Positions 12,650-26,048 are shown, counted from the first letter of the whole stretch. The stretch: DNA of 63,575 bases, filler included, from Reticulomyxa filosa (GCA_000512085.1; 17 parts of 17 records of this genome joined end to end with filler, not necessarily neighbours in it); one strand, 5' to 3'. The notes: generated from the letters alone by a model not told the origin. Numbers and translations: made by a program.

Positions 12650-13618
12650 TCAGTTACTATCTCCCTCCTCGTTGTTGTTGTGTAAGAAATTCCATTGATT
12701 TTCTGTTTGTTCATGTTCATCATTATTTTCGTTATTGTCGTCATGCATTTCATTAGCCTCGAGATGATCATCACCCTCTCTTCCAATTTCTGATTGATTT
12801 TGAGTGAAAGGTTTTTGAAATTTCTTTTCTTGTGAGTGTATTTCTTGAAGTAACAACGACATCCTGGCAAATAATTTTGGCTGTCCATTTTTTGTTTTCA
12901 TTTGGAATACTTTGTTGCGTTTATTGCGTTGTTGAATCTTCTGTTGTAGTTGCTTTTCGCGCTTTTGTTTTGCAAGGATTCGCTGCTCTATTTCCTTTCT
13001 TTTCATTTCTCGGATCGCTTTTCCTTGCAATTGTGCATTGACAACGGATCTCTTATTGGCTGTGAAATTGCTTGAGCTTGTTTCACTCTCTGCCATTTGA
13101 TTTTTAGTTGGTGGCCACTTTTTTGATTGGGTGCCCGGTCGTTGTTGATTGACTGCACTTCCGTATTCTCGTTGAGATGTGCGCGACGATGGTGTTGTTG
13201 TCTCTGGTAAAGCTTCTTGGCTATCTTCGTTTTGAATGCCCGATTTAAATTGATCCAGAGTTTTGTCCATCCAAGACCAATCCGATTTTTTCTCGTCATA
13301 TGGTTGCTTTTTTACACGTTGTTCCATGTTCTTGGGATGCCACACGTTTTTATGCTTTGTGGATGAATTTCCAAAATAGTACTTTTGCTCTCGATGCAAA
13401 TCTTTCATTGCTCGATAATATCCACGCATTACTCGTCGCTCGACTCGCTTTTTTGCTAGCTTTTCTTCGCTGTATTGCTTCACCCATTCTTTTCGCTTGT
13501 GTAATTGGCGCTGAAATACTGAGACACCTCGCCTCTGACGTTTTTCAGGGGCTTTGGTTTCCTCTTTTGATTTATCTCTTTTTCGCTGTGGTTTGAGTTT
13601 TTGTTCATTATCGCTCAT
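12650..13618 (-). CDS. Fyv7/TAP26 (CCDC59)-like nucleolar rRNA-processing protein
   Basis: Intact 322-aa Lys/Arg-rich ORF with KTKNGQPKLFARMSLLLQEI, resembling the Fyv7/TAP26 TKKGQP...M..LL..I motif. Confidence 0.7.
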   Translation of the reverse strand: MSDNEQKLKPQRKRDKSKEETKAPEKRQRRGVSVFQRQLHKRKEWVKQYSEEKLAKKRVERRVMRGYYRAMKDLHREQKYYFGNSSTKHKNVWHPKNMEQRVKKQPYDEKKSDWSWMDKTLDQFKSGIQNEDSQEALPETTTPSSRTSQREYGSAVNQQRPGTQSKKWPPTKNQMAESETSSSNFTANKRSVVNAQLQGKAIREMKRKEIEQRILAKQKREKQLQQKIQQRNKRNKVFQMKTKNGQPKLFARMSLLLQEIHSQEKKFQKPFTQNQSEIGREGDDHLEANEMHDDNNENNDEHEQTENQWNFLHNNNEEGDSN

Positions 13619-14513
13619 ATTTACTTTTTCAACAAATCCCTTTTTTTATCTGTACCATTTGAATCGCTTGAAACTGATCGATAGTCATATTTCTAGATAA
13701 ACTTAAATTTGTTTCTTTTTTATTTTTATTTATTTCAAGTGCAAATTACTTATTTGCAGTAAACCAACAATTACATTTTATTTTAATTTAAATTCATTGC
13801 TGCTCAGCATTTTTTAGCAGACTTCAACTTCTTACAAGCCAAAAGAAAGAACAATCCTCTCAAAGTTAAAAGTAGAGTAATAAAAAAAGGTACCAAATTG
13901 TTGTATAGTAGATAAAGCGATTGACCTCATTTTTTTAGGTAGTACCAGCACTTGTGTGAAGCAACAAGAAGAAAAAATTGGAAAGGTATTGTCTAAAGAC
14001 AAAACTTATAATAGAAAAAAACAAAAAGTTAGAGCGAAAGTTTTGTGTGTGTGTTCAAATATAAAATTACAACACAAATTTTGCAACAGTTGTCATTACA
14101 CTTGGCAAAACAACAAACCTCAATACTCCATTTTGACCTCTTGAGGCAATGTGGCCTGGTCCAAGTGAGGTCACGGTGGGAGAAAAAAAAAAGATATCTA
14201 CAAAAATAATCACAAAAAGGGAGAGCTACACTTTGCAATGCAATAAGCTCAGTTCCCTCTCTCCAAAAGAACAACTACGTGAAGTCAACAATATTGTTGT
14301 TGTCTTTTCCTTCTGACATAGAAAAAAAGTCGATTGAAGCTTAAGATCCTTCTCTCCCAGATGATGTTTGCGGTTGGAAAATGGGTATAGGGTTATCATT
14401 CGTGATCTGTCCGTCCAACATCACAACAACAGCAAACACAAGTTAAAATTGTTGTTACACAATGTTCCAATAGGACTTGAAGTAGAGAAAAAATGAACAA
14501 CATTTGATGTCAT

Positions 14514-16243
14514 TTAATCGGCACATACTTTTAGAAAACGATGTTGCAACAGTTCATCCATAGTTATTCTTTTGTTCGCAGGTGTAAAGATTTTCTCCAT
14601 TACATCTATCATAAAACAAGCGATCCCCTTTTTTTTTTTTTCTCTCCTCCTCTTTTTTCTTCTGACATATTTTTTTTTTATTATCCCAAAAGACAAATAA
14701 CAAACGACAAACCAACAACATCAGCAGGCAGACAGTTGAGCCAATCCACATGTTTCGGCAACGTTCTGAAGTGCCCATTGATAATACTTTTGAAAGTGCG
14801 ATCCGTGTCGCTGGGCAGTTCATACAGCTTTTTGCGTGCCAATATCATATAAAGCATCACCCCTAAGCTCCAGACATCGGCCAGCCGTGCATCGTACTTT
14901 GACTTTGCATATACCTGATGCAATATTACATTACACCATTAGTGTGTGTATGTGTGACAAAGGGGAGAGAGATAGAGAGAGAAAAAGAGGAACATGAAAA
15001 AAAAAAAAAAAAAAAGGGGGAGGATTACATTCAAAAACGAAAAGACCAAACTTCAGGCGCCATGTAAATGACCTTTCCCACTTGCTTGTCAAAAGTGAAA
15101 TCGACGGTATTGGTGGACAGTGCTTTTAAGTCGTTGGCCACATCGACCACCGAGGAGGACAAAGAAGAAGTAACATTACCAGTAGTAATGGCAGTATCAA
15201 AGCGTTTGGCCATTCCAAAGTCGATGAGTTTGACCAAGACCGGGAAATCGGGATCCAAAACAACCCTTTTGGAAACCACGGCCTCGACATTGAGTTGTTC
15301 ACTGGTCTGTCGCGACAACGACAGTGAGCTCTGTTGGGACAGTAGACTACTGCTCCTTCGCATTTCTTGAAACGTTTCTCCAATGCTCAAATTGCTTGGC
15401 TGTGGCGTTACCACCTCAGCAGGCGTCGTGGTGGCGGTAGCGACGTCCAAGCTATAACTTCGTGGCATCTTGCTGCTGCTGTCCAAGGTGAAATTCTTTG
15501 TATCTAATGGCATCGTTGTCACCACGTTCTCCAAACAAATGTGCAAATGACATACGTTGCCACAGCTGTGCATCCAGTGCACACATTCCACCAATTGCTT
15601 GAAGATGTACTTCACGTGCTGTGTGTAGACTTCATAAATGTCTTTCACCAGTAATTGACGACTGCTACGATTGTCTATTGGAATCTTACTGTGGTCTTTC
15701 TTGCGATATTCTTCATTCACGCGAGCGATGCTGTGCTTGTATAACGTCTCTGTAAATGTGTACAGCTCACCTCCGTTGCAGTATTCCATCACTATGTAAT
15801 CAAACTTCTCGTCACTCCAGCTCTCAAATGCTTGTGCAAAACCTTTTGTTTTGTGTTCAACCAATAACCTAACAAAAAAAAAAAAATCCAAAAAATGAGA
15901 ACCCCAAAAAAAAAAAAAAAAAGGATGAGTGCTTTTACGCAAACCCGAACTTTTTTTTTTGTTAACATGGATGAGGGGTTTTTATGCTCGATAAACCCAA
16001 GTGTATCTCTTTCTGCTCTCCCAATTTTACTACCGAATTCAAACCGTCGATTGTCTTCCCCGATTTCACATATTGCTTCACTGCAACGTATTCATTGGTT
16101 ATCGTGTCTTTATATAGCCAAAGGCGTCCTGTTCTCGTGTCTGCCAATGCCCGCTTTGGTATGTATCTTGAGGCTGGAGTAACATCTGGCTTGATACTAT
16201 GGGACAGTTCCAACCCTTCTTTTTCTTCGCTCGCCGTGCTCAT
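14514..16243 (-). CDS. Multi-exon Ser/Thr protein-kinase-fold protein (CAMK-like), probable pseudokinase
   Basis: YVAVKQY, YIVMEYCNGGELY, VKLIDFGMA, GKVIYMAPE|V, ADVWSLGVMLY and KRITMDELLQHRFL are present. The catalytic loop reads CHLHICLEN, with no Asp. Confidence 0.85.
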
Positions 16244-16701
16244 TGTTCGTTCACGGGAGATAGACTCTTTTCATTTATTTTTTTAAAAACCTGATATTCC
16301 AAAAAACCCCTTTACAAGTGTGCAATCCAGACAGGTAAAGTTTCATATTTTGCGTGTACATCAAGTTTTTATATTCAAGAGGTATAGCGTAGCACTTTAC
16401 TTTTTTGGTACTTATACAGACTAAGATATGTCTACTATTTTCGTGGCTCATTGCAATTTTTATTTCGTTTTAAGAATGTGTGATATCTTATAAAACAATG
16501 TCTTAAATATTTTTTAAAGAAAAACTGAGCTAGGCATAGTCATTCATGGAGAATAACTAAACATTTTTTAACGTGAATATTAACTTTGCTTGATATTGTA
16601 TTTGATATGAGAGCCCAAGTACAACGACAACCAACACAAAAAATGATCGAAACAAAATGAGAGCAGAAAACATGGATTATATTTGTTAATTTGAAGATAA
16701 T

Positions 16702-18849
16702 TTATGATTTGTCGTCAATATCGAGGGATGCATTTTTAGTCAGTTGCAAAGGAAGATTAGAAGTGATCGACTTGCACATGTCCAACACATGTTCTTTTTT
16801 CTTAAAATAATAAGATGCCTCCAAGTAGGGATTTTCATCGATCCAATGAACGACCATGCGCAGAAAGTATTCTATTTGTGCAAAATGTTGTTGGTTTTTG
16901 TCTTTGTCAGCAGAGCGACGCAATTCCAATAGCACTTGATAAATATAGCGTTCCAAGTTATTTTTGGCAGCAAAATTCTCTGCGACGTTGGAATCGTAGT
17001 TGTTTTGAACGCAAGTATTTTCCGTGATCTGGACTATTTCTTTTGCTTCGAGTTGATATTTGGAAGAGGTGACATGCAGCATTTTATTATCGCGTTTTTC
17101 TTTGGCGGAAACAGACAAAATGCAATTGTTATCCAAATCAAATTTAATTTCAATTTGAGGAACACCTCTTGGAGCTGGAGGTATACCTTTCAATTCAAAC
17201 TTCCCTATGCAAGTGTTGTCCTTTGTCAACATTCGTTCCCCTTCAAATACCTGAACTACAACCCCGGCGTTGGAGTCTGAATACGTAGTGAATACTTCGG
17301 TCGTTCGACAAGGTAAACATCTATGTTTAGGAAATAATTTTACCATCTCTCCTCCTCGAACTTCGATGCCTATGGACCGCGGTGTTATGTCGAGACAAAT
17401 TATATCTTGTATGGGGTCCATTTTTTCGCCGCTACGTATAGCTGCAATGACCGCAGCCCCGTACGCCGCTGTCTCATCGTGTCCATGAGTGCACATCTTG
17501 GAAATGTGTTTCCCCTCAAAAAAGTCTGTCATTAACTCTTGTAGCTTTGGAATATGTGTGGACCCCCCTACCAACACCACGTCATCGATGTTTGCTTTTG
17601 TCTTCTTACTGTCTTTCAGCACTTGTTCGACATAATCCAAACACGTGTAAAAGTATTGCACGCACAATTCTTCAAATCTTTTTTTTTTTTTTTGACAATG
17701 GTATAACACAATAAAACAATCTTTTTTTTAAAAAAAAATTAACTTTGTTCTGGTAATTGATAATTCAAAATCACGTCCTTTAAATAATGAGCCAATTCGA
17801 ATGATGGTTTGTGTTGCTGAGCTTAGTGTACGTTTTGCACGCTCACAATAGACAAACAGTCTTGTCATGGCGTTTTTATCTGAGGTCAGATCTAGCTTGT
17901 GCTTTCGTTTAAACTCTCCAACACAATAATCCACCAGCGCATTGGTGAAGTCTTGTCCACCGAAATGGGTGTTCCCTGCTGTGGCGATTACCTCAACAAT
18001 CATCTCCTCTATAACTATCAGTGAGACATCAAGAGTTCCGCCACCCAAATGCAACACCAACACAAGTTTTTCTTTCGATAAGTCGAGTACTTTTTGGCTT
18101 ATCATTAATTGATCACTGCTGCGGTCGGTGCGTTTATTAGTTGCAACACTGTCAATCCTGCTATGGTTGCTGCATCTTTTGTTGCCTATTATAAAGCGAT
18201 TTTTAAAAAGACACTTTTTTTTTTCTCTTTAACCTCAGCGTAGATTGATGTCCATTCAAAAAAAAAAATTACGTATACATGTGCAAATTAAAAAAAAACA
18301 ACTTGTCTTTGTGAATCAGTAAAATGTGCAGGGACCGTAATCACAGCGTTGGTAACAGGACACTTGAGAAATGCTTCTGCCAATTCTTTCAAATGACGTA
18401 ATATCATTGCTGATATTTCTTCTGCGAAGAAATACTTGGTTTCATTTTTATACATTATTTCAACTGCAAGTCGGTAGTCTGGCTTTTGGATCACTTTAAA
18501 TGGCCATCGCTTTATGTCGTTTTGCAACACCACATCAGAAAACCTTTGCGATGTGTGTGTGTGTATTGCACTGCTTTGCCTTGTTCCATGCTTGCATTAC
18601 AAAGATCTACCTTTTTCCAATTAGTCTCTTTGCGTCGTATATAGTATTCCTTGCGTTGCTTGTGGCCTGACTCTTTGCTGATGCTCCAACTGATTTTCCC
18701 AAATCGGTGAACGACACGTATGAGGGTGTTGCTCTTTCTCCTAATTCATTAGATATTATTTCAACTGCCTTTTTCGTCCAAGTCGCTACGCACGAGTAAG
18801 TTGTGCCTAAATCGATGCCTATGGGAGGTTGTTTAGCACTAGTACTCAT
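16702..18849 (-). CDS. Divergent cytosolic-type Hsp70 (multi-exon, one frameshift near 18106; possibly a pseudogene)
   Basis: [48 protein letters not shown] and [13 protein letters not shown] are present. No C-terminal EEVD. Confidence 0.9.
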
Positions 18850-19190
18850 CGATTTTTTTTTTTGCAAACCGAACAGGACAAATTTTTTGGTAAGCAAACC
18901 TTTTCCTCCTTAGCAATTAAATTTAGTTTTGTGAATTTGAAAAATTCAGTTTATCGTTGTAATTTAGTAGTGATCCTTATTTTAAGTATTCGTTGAATTC
19001 AAAAGAAATGATCGTGAAGAAACAATAAGTTGTAGATGTTTATAGAATATTTGAAATACAGTTTGTTAGCTTTCGACTAGTGCAATCTTAAACAAATTCA
19101 ATAAACAAAAGAAAACAACTTGCATGCATATTGCAAATAGTATATTGACAAGTTGAATATTCGAACAGCACGCAAGAAATGTGGCATGTA

Positions 19191-21796
19191 TCAAATGGGT
19201 ACGGAATTAGGAAGAAAGACCTTAAGAAAAGTGATAATAATGGACACCAAAGCGCTTAAAATGGCACTTAACAGCACGCCACTCAAAGAGACCCCAAAGA
19301 GCTTTGGAAGAAGACTTTTGCGTTTGACAGTTTTCAGCATTGAATCAACAAAATTTAAGTCATAGATATTATGACGAGGAATGTGAGAATCAGAAGGAAG
19401 GAGTAGTTTGATGGCCTCCTTGTCATTGAGTTGTTTGCTTTCCTCGCTCTGCGGAGGAGCAAGTACTTGAGTTTTCCTGGAGTTTTGACTAGGAGGTATC
19501 TGTCGAATGGAGTCGCAATGTAAATAAAAGTGTTGATCGGCGATGAGTTGTTCCTGACTATCTTGGATGTTTTCAAAGGCCTTGCCAGCAATGGCAATGC
19601 GAATCAAGCAAGTAACAGAGACGAGAAAGAACCAAGAGATGCCGTCAAAAAGGATGGACCGAATGACCTGACGTTGATGATTGGGAACAAAGAAGGCATC
19701 GTAGAAGATGAATATGCCTTGTGCCAGTGTTAACAGTACTAAGAATGATGTGGATATTTCCTGTTCGCCAAACAACACCACGCCTTCCACACCCAAAAAG
19801 GACCGCAGTTCCAGCCACCCAAGCACATTGCTTTTTAGTTTCAAACTCAAAAAAAGCTTCGACAATTCCTCGCGACTCGAGGTTTCCGCGCGAGATAAAA
19901 GCATCGTTATGGTTTCCATCCACTTTTGATAATTACCTATTCATAGATGGAAAATATATATATACTACATATACATATACATATAATATATATATGTATA
20001 TAATCTGTAAAGAGAAAAACCTAAGTTTTTGGAATACTGCCATTCAACTCCCATCAATAAAATAGCCATTAGCAAAAAATTAGCGACAACGGCTCCCGCG
20101 GTGAGCGTAAAGTCAGTGTAAAAAAAGGACGTGTTTAGGATGGACACGCGAACGAGTCCGGGGATGAGTCCGTAGACAAGAGACATGGAGAAAATATACA
20201 CGAGAGCGAACCAAGAGAAATGTCGGTTTCGTTTGGATTGACGGGAGAACGCATACGATCGCAGGAACGTATACACGTCGCATTGGTAGTCAAACTTCTC
20301 CCCGAAATACAAGCGCAAGCCTCGTAAACGAGTTAAGCTCGGTAACATCGGTTTGATAGTAAACTCGTGGCCTTCCCACACCGAAAATACCAGCCATAGC
20401 AATGCGTACAAAAACAACGGTCCAAACGTCTCCATCCATGACAACTTCTCTCCACCCCCATTCCCAGTCCCGCGGTTCCGAAATTGCGATATCGGATTGC
20501 GGATTATTATTACATACAACAGCGTGCTTATCAATATCAACAGCACGCGTAGTGCTAACTGACGCAACGACTGGATTAAAAACCAGTCCACATGCTTCAA
20601 GCTCTCCGGGTCGTATTTCGAACTCCTTCCGACTAGTGCACCCAACAAGTCCAGTGTTAATGCATCTTGTTTCTTGTCGTAATCGAATCCAGATGGATAC
20701 CATTTCGACACTCTTTTTTTTTATCATTTAAATTACCCCTTTTTTTTTTTTTTTTTTGCTTATTAAGCTTTTTTTTTTTTTTAAAAAAAAAACATGCTTG
20801 TGTTTCCAACGCCAAGCTAGCAAAAGCGGTACGTTCTGAACGATCAACACCAGTGGCAATGTGATCCCATAGCACAGCATGATAGCAAACCGCTTGTAAT
20901 GAAATGTCCTCTCCGCCACGAAATTTTTCAGTGACAAAATCGGGTAGGGAATGGTCTCGTCATTGAACTGCAAACTGTTTTTCACTGGAAATAGTCTTAC
21001 TGGTGTGTTCGTTAACACATCTACTCCTTCTATTCCATTTCAATTTCAAAACATATTCCAAAAAAAAAGGGGTCGTTTGACAAAAAAAAAAAAAAAAAAA
21101 GGTAACCAGCATATTATTAAATACATATACGTGTATGTAAGCATGTGCAATAGGACGTAGACCATTTGCTGTGGTTGCGTCACCCTGCAATTCGATAATT
21201 TTCTCTTCTGTGGCGTCTTCTTCTTTGCATATGCCAACACAAAACGTATACCAATCGGATGTGGCCTTTTCGTCTGCAATTTGATTTCGATTTTGCATGA
21301 TCTGATTTGCCAGGTCATGAAAACATTTGTCGACGTTTTCTCGTGTGTACGCAGACGCTTCGATATAATCCACGCCCCATTTGTCCGTCAGATCCTTTAC
21401 CTCCTTTGTGCTAAATTGTCTTTCATTTTCCAAGTCTTTCTTTGTCCCGACCACAACCATTGGGAAGCTCGTCTTGTCTTTCGAGCGCAGAATTTTTTCA
21501 CGGAATGCAGAAATCGAATCCAGTGTCGATCGGTCACATAAGCTAAACACTAAAATAAATCCGTTGCCATCTCTTATCCATGCATCGTGGAAAGACGAAA
21601 ACTCTTCTTGTCCTGCGGTGTCCAATACTTCCAGCACCAACCCTTCTTCGTTTATTGAAATTTGTTTCCTGTAACTGTCTTCTATGGTCGGGTCGTACGT
21701 GTCGTGAAAATGATCGGTGATAAATCGTACCACTAACGCCGATTTACCTGCCCCTCCAGCACCCACTACTACTACTTTAGCTTCTGAAGACGACAT
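19191..21796 (-). CDS. Ras-family GTPase fused to a multipass membrane domain with PHTF/7TMIC-like motifs (predicted exons 21796-21163, 21029-20798, 20712-20021, 19936-19191; 767 aa)
   Basis: G-boxes GAGGAGKS, YDPTIEDSY, DTAGQEEF, TKKD and EASA; no CAAX or stop right after the G domain. A phase-1 GT-AG intron at 21162-21030 joins in frame to the TM exons, and the exons sum to 2304 nt. The Ras domain is high confidence; the fusion is inferred from splicing. Confidence 0.75.
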
Positions 21797-22052
21797 TTTT
21801 TTTTCTTTTTTAAAACTCGCGGGCTACATTTTTTTGTTTCTTGTTTTAAAACTTTAAAAGTAAAGCAGTATCGTTTTTTTGCTCGTGTGCTTCACAATGG
21901 AATCAACTTATGCAAAAAAAAGACAAGAGAGACGAAGGAGTGGATGAAAGGAGTAATCTCTTGCCCTTGTGCAAAGCGGTTCAAAGACAAAGAAAAATTC
22001 GGTGAAAAGGATTAGAGCTTGAAGAAGCCGAAGTCAAGGATAATAAATCAAA

Positions 22053-23650
22053 TTGGACATTGACATGGCAGACGTGCAGCCAGATACTGGAGCGAATGAG
22101 AACGAAGATGGTGAAAATGAAAATGGGAACGGTAATGGCAACGACACGGTGGACGACAACAGCGGAGATGGAGGTGATGACGAGAATGAGAATGTAAATG
22201 AGAATGAAGAAGAGAACGAAAATGAAAATGTAAATGAAGATGGGGATGGGGAAGAACAAGAAGAGCAAGAAGAGCAAGAAGAACAGGAACCAAATGAAGA
22301 AGGAATGGAGATGAAAGAAGAGGATTTAGACGCGAACGATAGAAAAATAGTCCAACTGTACGAAATCGTAAGTGAGTTAATCGAAGAGCAAAAAGCAAGG
22401 ACACAGGATTTGTATTTGCTAGTAAGTAAGCGTGACATCGAGCAGTTAATGAAGGCTATTGAAGAACGAAACGACTCATTGTTCCGATCGCTGCAAGGTG
22501 AATTTGACCTGAAAAGTGCGGAGAATGACGAAAATTTGGAAGATGGTAAGTCCTTCATGAATGTTATCGGCAATGCGCGATATCTATATGTGCATATATG
22601 TATACATACATATATGCATATGCATATACATGTGTATGTATTATGTACATATATTAAACTTTTACAAACAAACAGACGAAATCGACGCAAAGTTTGAGCT
22701 GTACAACGATATTGTGAAAGCTTTCAATCAGTATTTAGAAGCAGTAGGAAGTGTGGCATTGCTATTGCAAGAACAAAAACTGAGTCAAGTGTTTTGCGAA
22801 GGAGAAAAATTGAATAATTATTAATAAAAAACTTTGTGACTGTTATTTTAGTAATGTTCCAAATTCCACTTTTGCATCTTTTTTTTTTTTTATAAAAAAA
22901 AAAAAAAAAAGACGGAGGAGGAGACAAGAATACGTCGAAAACAAGAAACGAGGAAATCGAAGCGGAAATAGTGGAATTGCAACAGTTGTTAGGCGAGCAG
23001 ACGATACTGTTGAAAGAGCAAATGAAAAAGAACGAAGACTTGCAAAACGTGTTGCAATCAGTGTTAGCGGAATACAGTAACAAGATCAACGTGAGCAACA
23101 AACAAATCAAAGAGTCGAACGAGCAGCTGTCCGAGCAAAACAAGACGCATGTAAAGCAGTTGAACGACTTGAAGGTGGCATACGAGAATGAGTTGATGCA
23201 TTTGAAGCAACACAAGGATCAAATGTACGAAAAGGAGATCAACGAACTGATTCACACGCTGTCGGAAGTTCGCAACCAATTCCATGTGCAAGTCCAGGAG
23301 CTGACGAAGCAGATCGAGGGCAATCAAAAGAAGTACGACATTGAAGTATTGCAGCTCTCCGGAACTATTCAAATGCTGACTCATGACTTGGAAGACGCCA
23401 AAACATCAGTCACGCGCTTGGTCCGTGTCAATTCCAATTTGCAACAGCGCTGTCAAACCCTTCAATTAAACAGCGAAAGCCAACTCCAACTGCAAAAAGC
23501 ACGCGAATTCCAGCTCTTGTGCGAGTCTTTGGTTTCCAGTAGAACCACCGTGGATGTGGATTTGGACGCAGATAGTGACGTCGATGCACGGTCGATGCGT
23601 TCTTTCAATCCACGTTATCATCAATCAAAAAAGACTCGTCGTAATAATAA
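22053..23650 (+). CDS. Coiled-coil protein with an acidic N-terminal region (multi-exon, 3' truncated)
   Basis: ORFs 22053-22697 and 22971-contig end are E/Q/K/L-rich with heptad character and are separated by intron-like TA/poly-A tracts. Confidence 0.6.
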
Positions 23651-26048
23651 NNNNNNNNNNNNNNNNNNNNNNNNNNNNNNNNNNNNNNNNNNNNTTAATT
23701 AATTAANNNNNNNNNNNNNNNNNNNNNNNNNNNNNNNNNNNNNNNNNNNNGAATAATCTCAAAAAAAATTGATTGGTTGCCTTTTTATAGAAAACCAATA
23801 AAATGTGAAATTTTTCCAAAAAAAGATACCTGCACAACTCTGATCCCTTGTAAACATGCTTATTGCCTTTTGTGCTTTTTAAAAGGATTGCCATTTGAGA
23901 TCGTTTTCTTGTGAACACGGACAGATCCAATCGAGGAGTACGTGTGTATTGCAGCTGGGCCACGATGAATGAGTCAAATATGTTGAAACGTAGGTACATA
24001 GTAGGTAAAGAGGCTGTTTGCCAAATGAGTTGGTCCACTCGCACACACTCTCATGTTTCAATCCGCCCTGTACGTTAAAAAAAAAACAAACATTTGTGCA
24101 TACCTCAAGTTGTTGTATGCATTAAAGAGAAGATGTCCCAAGATGGTATTGATACAAACTCTTCACAGCGGGCATATATGTGTATGTATACCATGGAGTC
24201 ACTGGTATTTGTTCCAGTGACGATAATTTGTTCCATCCTCGGAAGCGCTTGCTTGCTGACAGTTTCAATGCTTTGGAAGAAAGACATGTTCGCGTTTTTG
24301 TCAGCAAATGTATATCATTTTGTGCAAGAAGATCTTTGCTCATGATTTGACAATGTTCTCAAAACAATATGATAACATCAATTTGTTCTTGAAATGAACA
24401 CAAGGTATCATGACCTTAGTTTTTTTTTAAATTTTAGAAGTACTGAAGTTTCGCACTTATTCAAATGTGCAAAAAAAGCTTTAATAAAATTTTTATTATA
24501 AAATAATATCTTCAAAAAAGATCATAAGATTTACTTTAGAAATGATTGCATTTGCTTTATTCTGAAAATATCAATTGAGTTTTCTAAAAAGGGCATAGTT
24601 CCTTTTTTGTTCCTTATCTTTCATGTTGTTACGTAAGGTTAAAACTTAGAAGAGATGCTGTGGCTTTTGATATAAAAGTGAAAGAATAATCGAATTACAT
24701 GGATACTGACATGTTTTTTAAAGAAATAAGCAACCTTTTCCTTCTGTTGCATTCCTCTTTGGGCTCTCCATATCCAATTCAAGTCAATGAATCACTAGAA
24801 CATGATATTTAAAAGCAAGAACTGGTGTGTATATGCCACAAACCTTTGCAAAGCTCTGAATCTCTTTGGTGTGGCCATTATAGCAATCTCATGTTGCCAG
24901 CACAGTCTTTATAAGTATCTTTTACGGATTCATCAACTTTCTGCTATTGCCCCCAACAAAATCTGTTTGTCGTCACGCGTCTATTACTTATTTACAATGT
25001 TTTTTGCGCCATCTTACTTCAATTTTAGAACATTAATTTTAATAACTATAAATTACTTTGTTTAATTCTGATCACCTTTTATCAACACAAACTTGTTCGT
25101 TCCAGTTTTAACTTTTTTTATCAAACTTTTCTATAAGAAAGATGTTGCACAATGAAACTTGCCCAGTAATAGAAATAATAATGATATTGACAAAATTATC
25201 TTGTTGTTTTCTGTACAGAGGAATTCACAAAGCACATATTTACAATAAAATGTGTAAGTGGAAACAATCGTCATTGCCATTTATTACTTTTCCTGTTGAC
25301 AATGTTTATATATTTCAAAAAATCAAGTTCAATTTATTGATCACAGCATTTTGTCAGTCCGTGGTGTACATTTTCCTGATTTGTATTCAAATCTGAAATG
25401 AGGTAAAAGAGACAATTAAAAATAAAAAGGAAAAAGAGAATGAATAATTATATTTTATAACAATCGAAGATTCTTATTAGATATGGCAAAGACATTAATG
25501 AGTTGAATTGTCTGAATTACAAAATATAAAAAAAATAACGTGTTATAAAATGCATACAATTTCAGACATAAAAAAAAAAAAATCCATTGTATGCAAAAAT
25601 GATATTTAAAAAGATTGTGGCAATATTCATATGTGCTCCAAGGTCGTCGTATATCATTTGCTTTGCTTTTGCTGGTGTGGCAATAGCAGACTTTGCAATA
25701 AGATCGAGACTTGATGATGATGCAATCGAAAGCGTCTTTGGTAGCCGATATAATAAACAACGAGCTAGAAGATACATTGATATAATAGTGGCTCCAGATT
25801 AGACTATGGGTCACCTCAAATGCTCAATGACGGCAATGGCAACGAAACGGACTCCATAGTAATGGAAATAGAGTGNNNNNNNNNNNNNNNNNNNNNNNNN
25901 NNNNNNNNNNNNNNNNNNNTTAATTAATTAANNNNNNNNNNNNNNNNNNNNNNNNNNNNNNNNNNNNNNNNNNNNAAGTACACGATTTGTAGATATTTTT
26001 TAAAAAAAAATTAGGTCTGAATGTTGTTTTTTCATGAAGAAAATCAAA

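Noticed and set aside
23751-25875. Short ORFs on this contig, and similar ones at 8001-9500, 28000-29150 and 51500-54263
   Set aside because: No recognisable motifs and frequent stops; probably decayed gene fragments or non-coding DNA.
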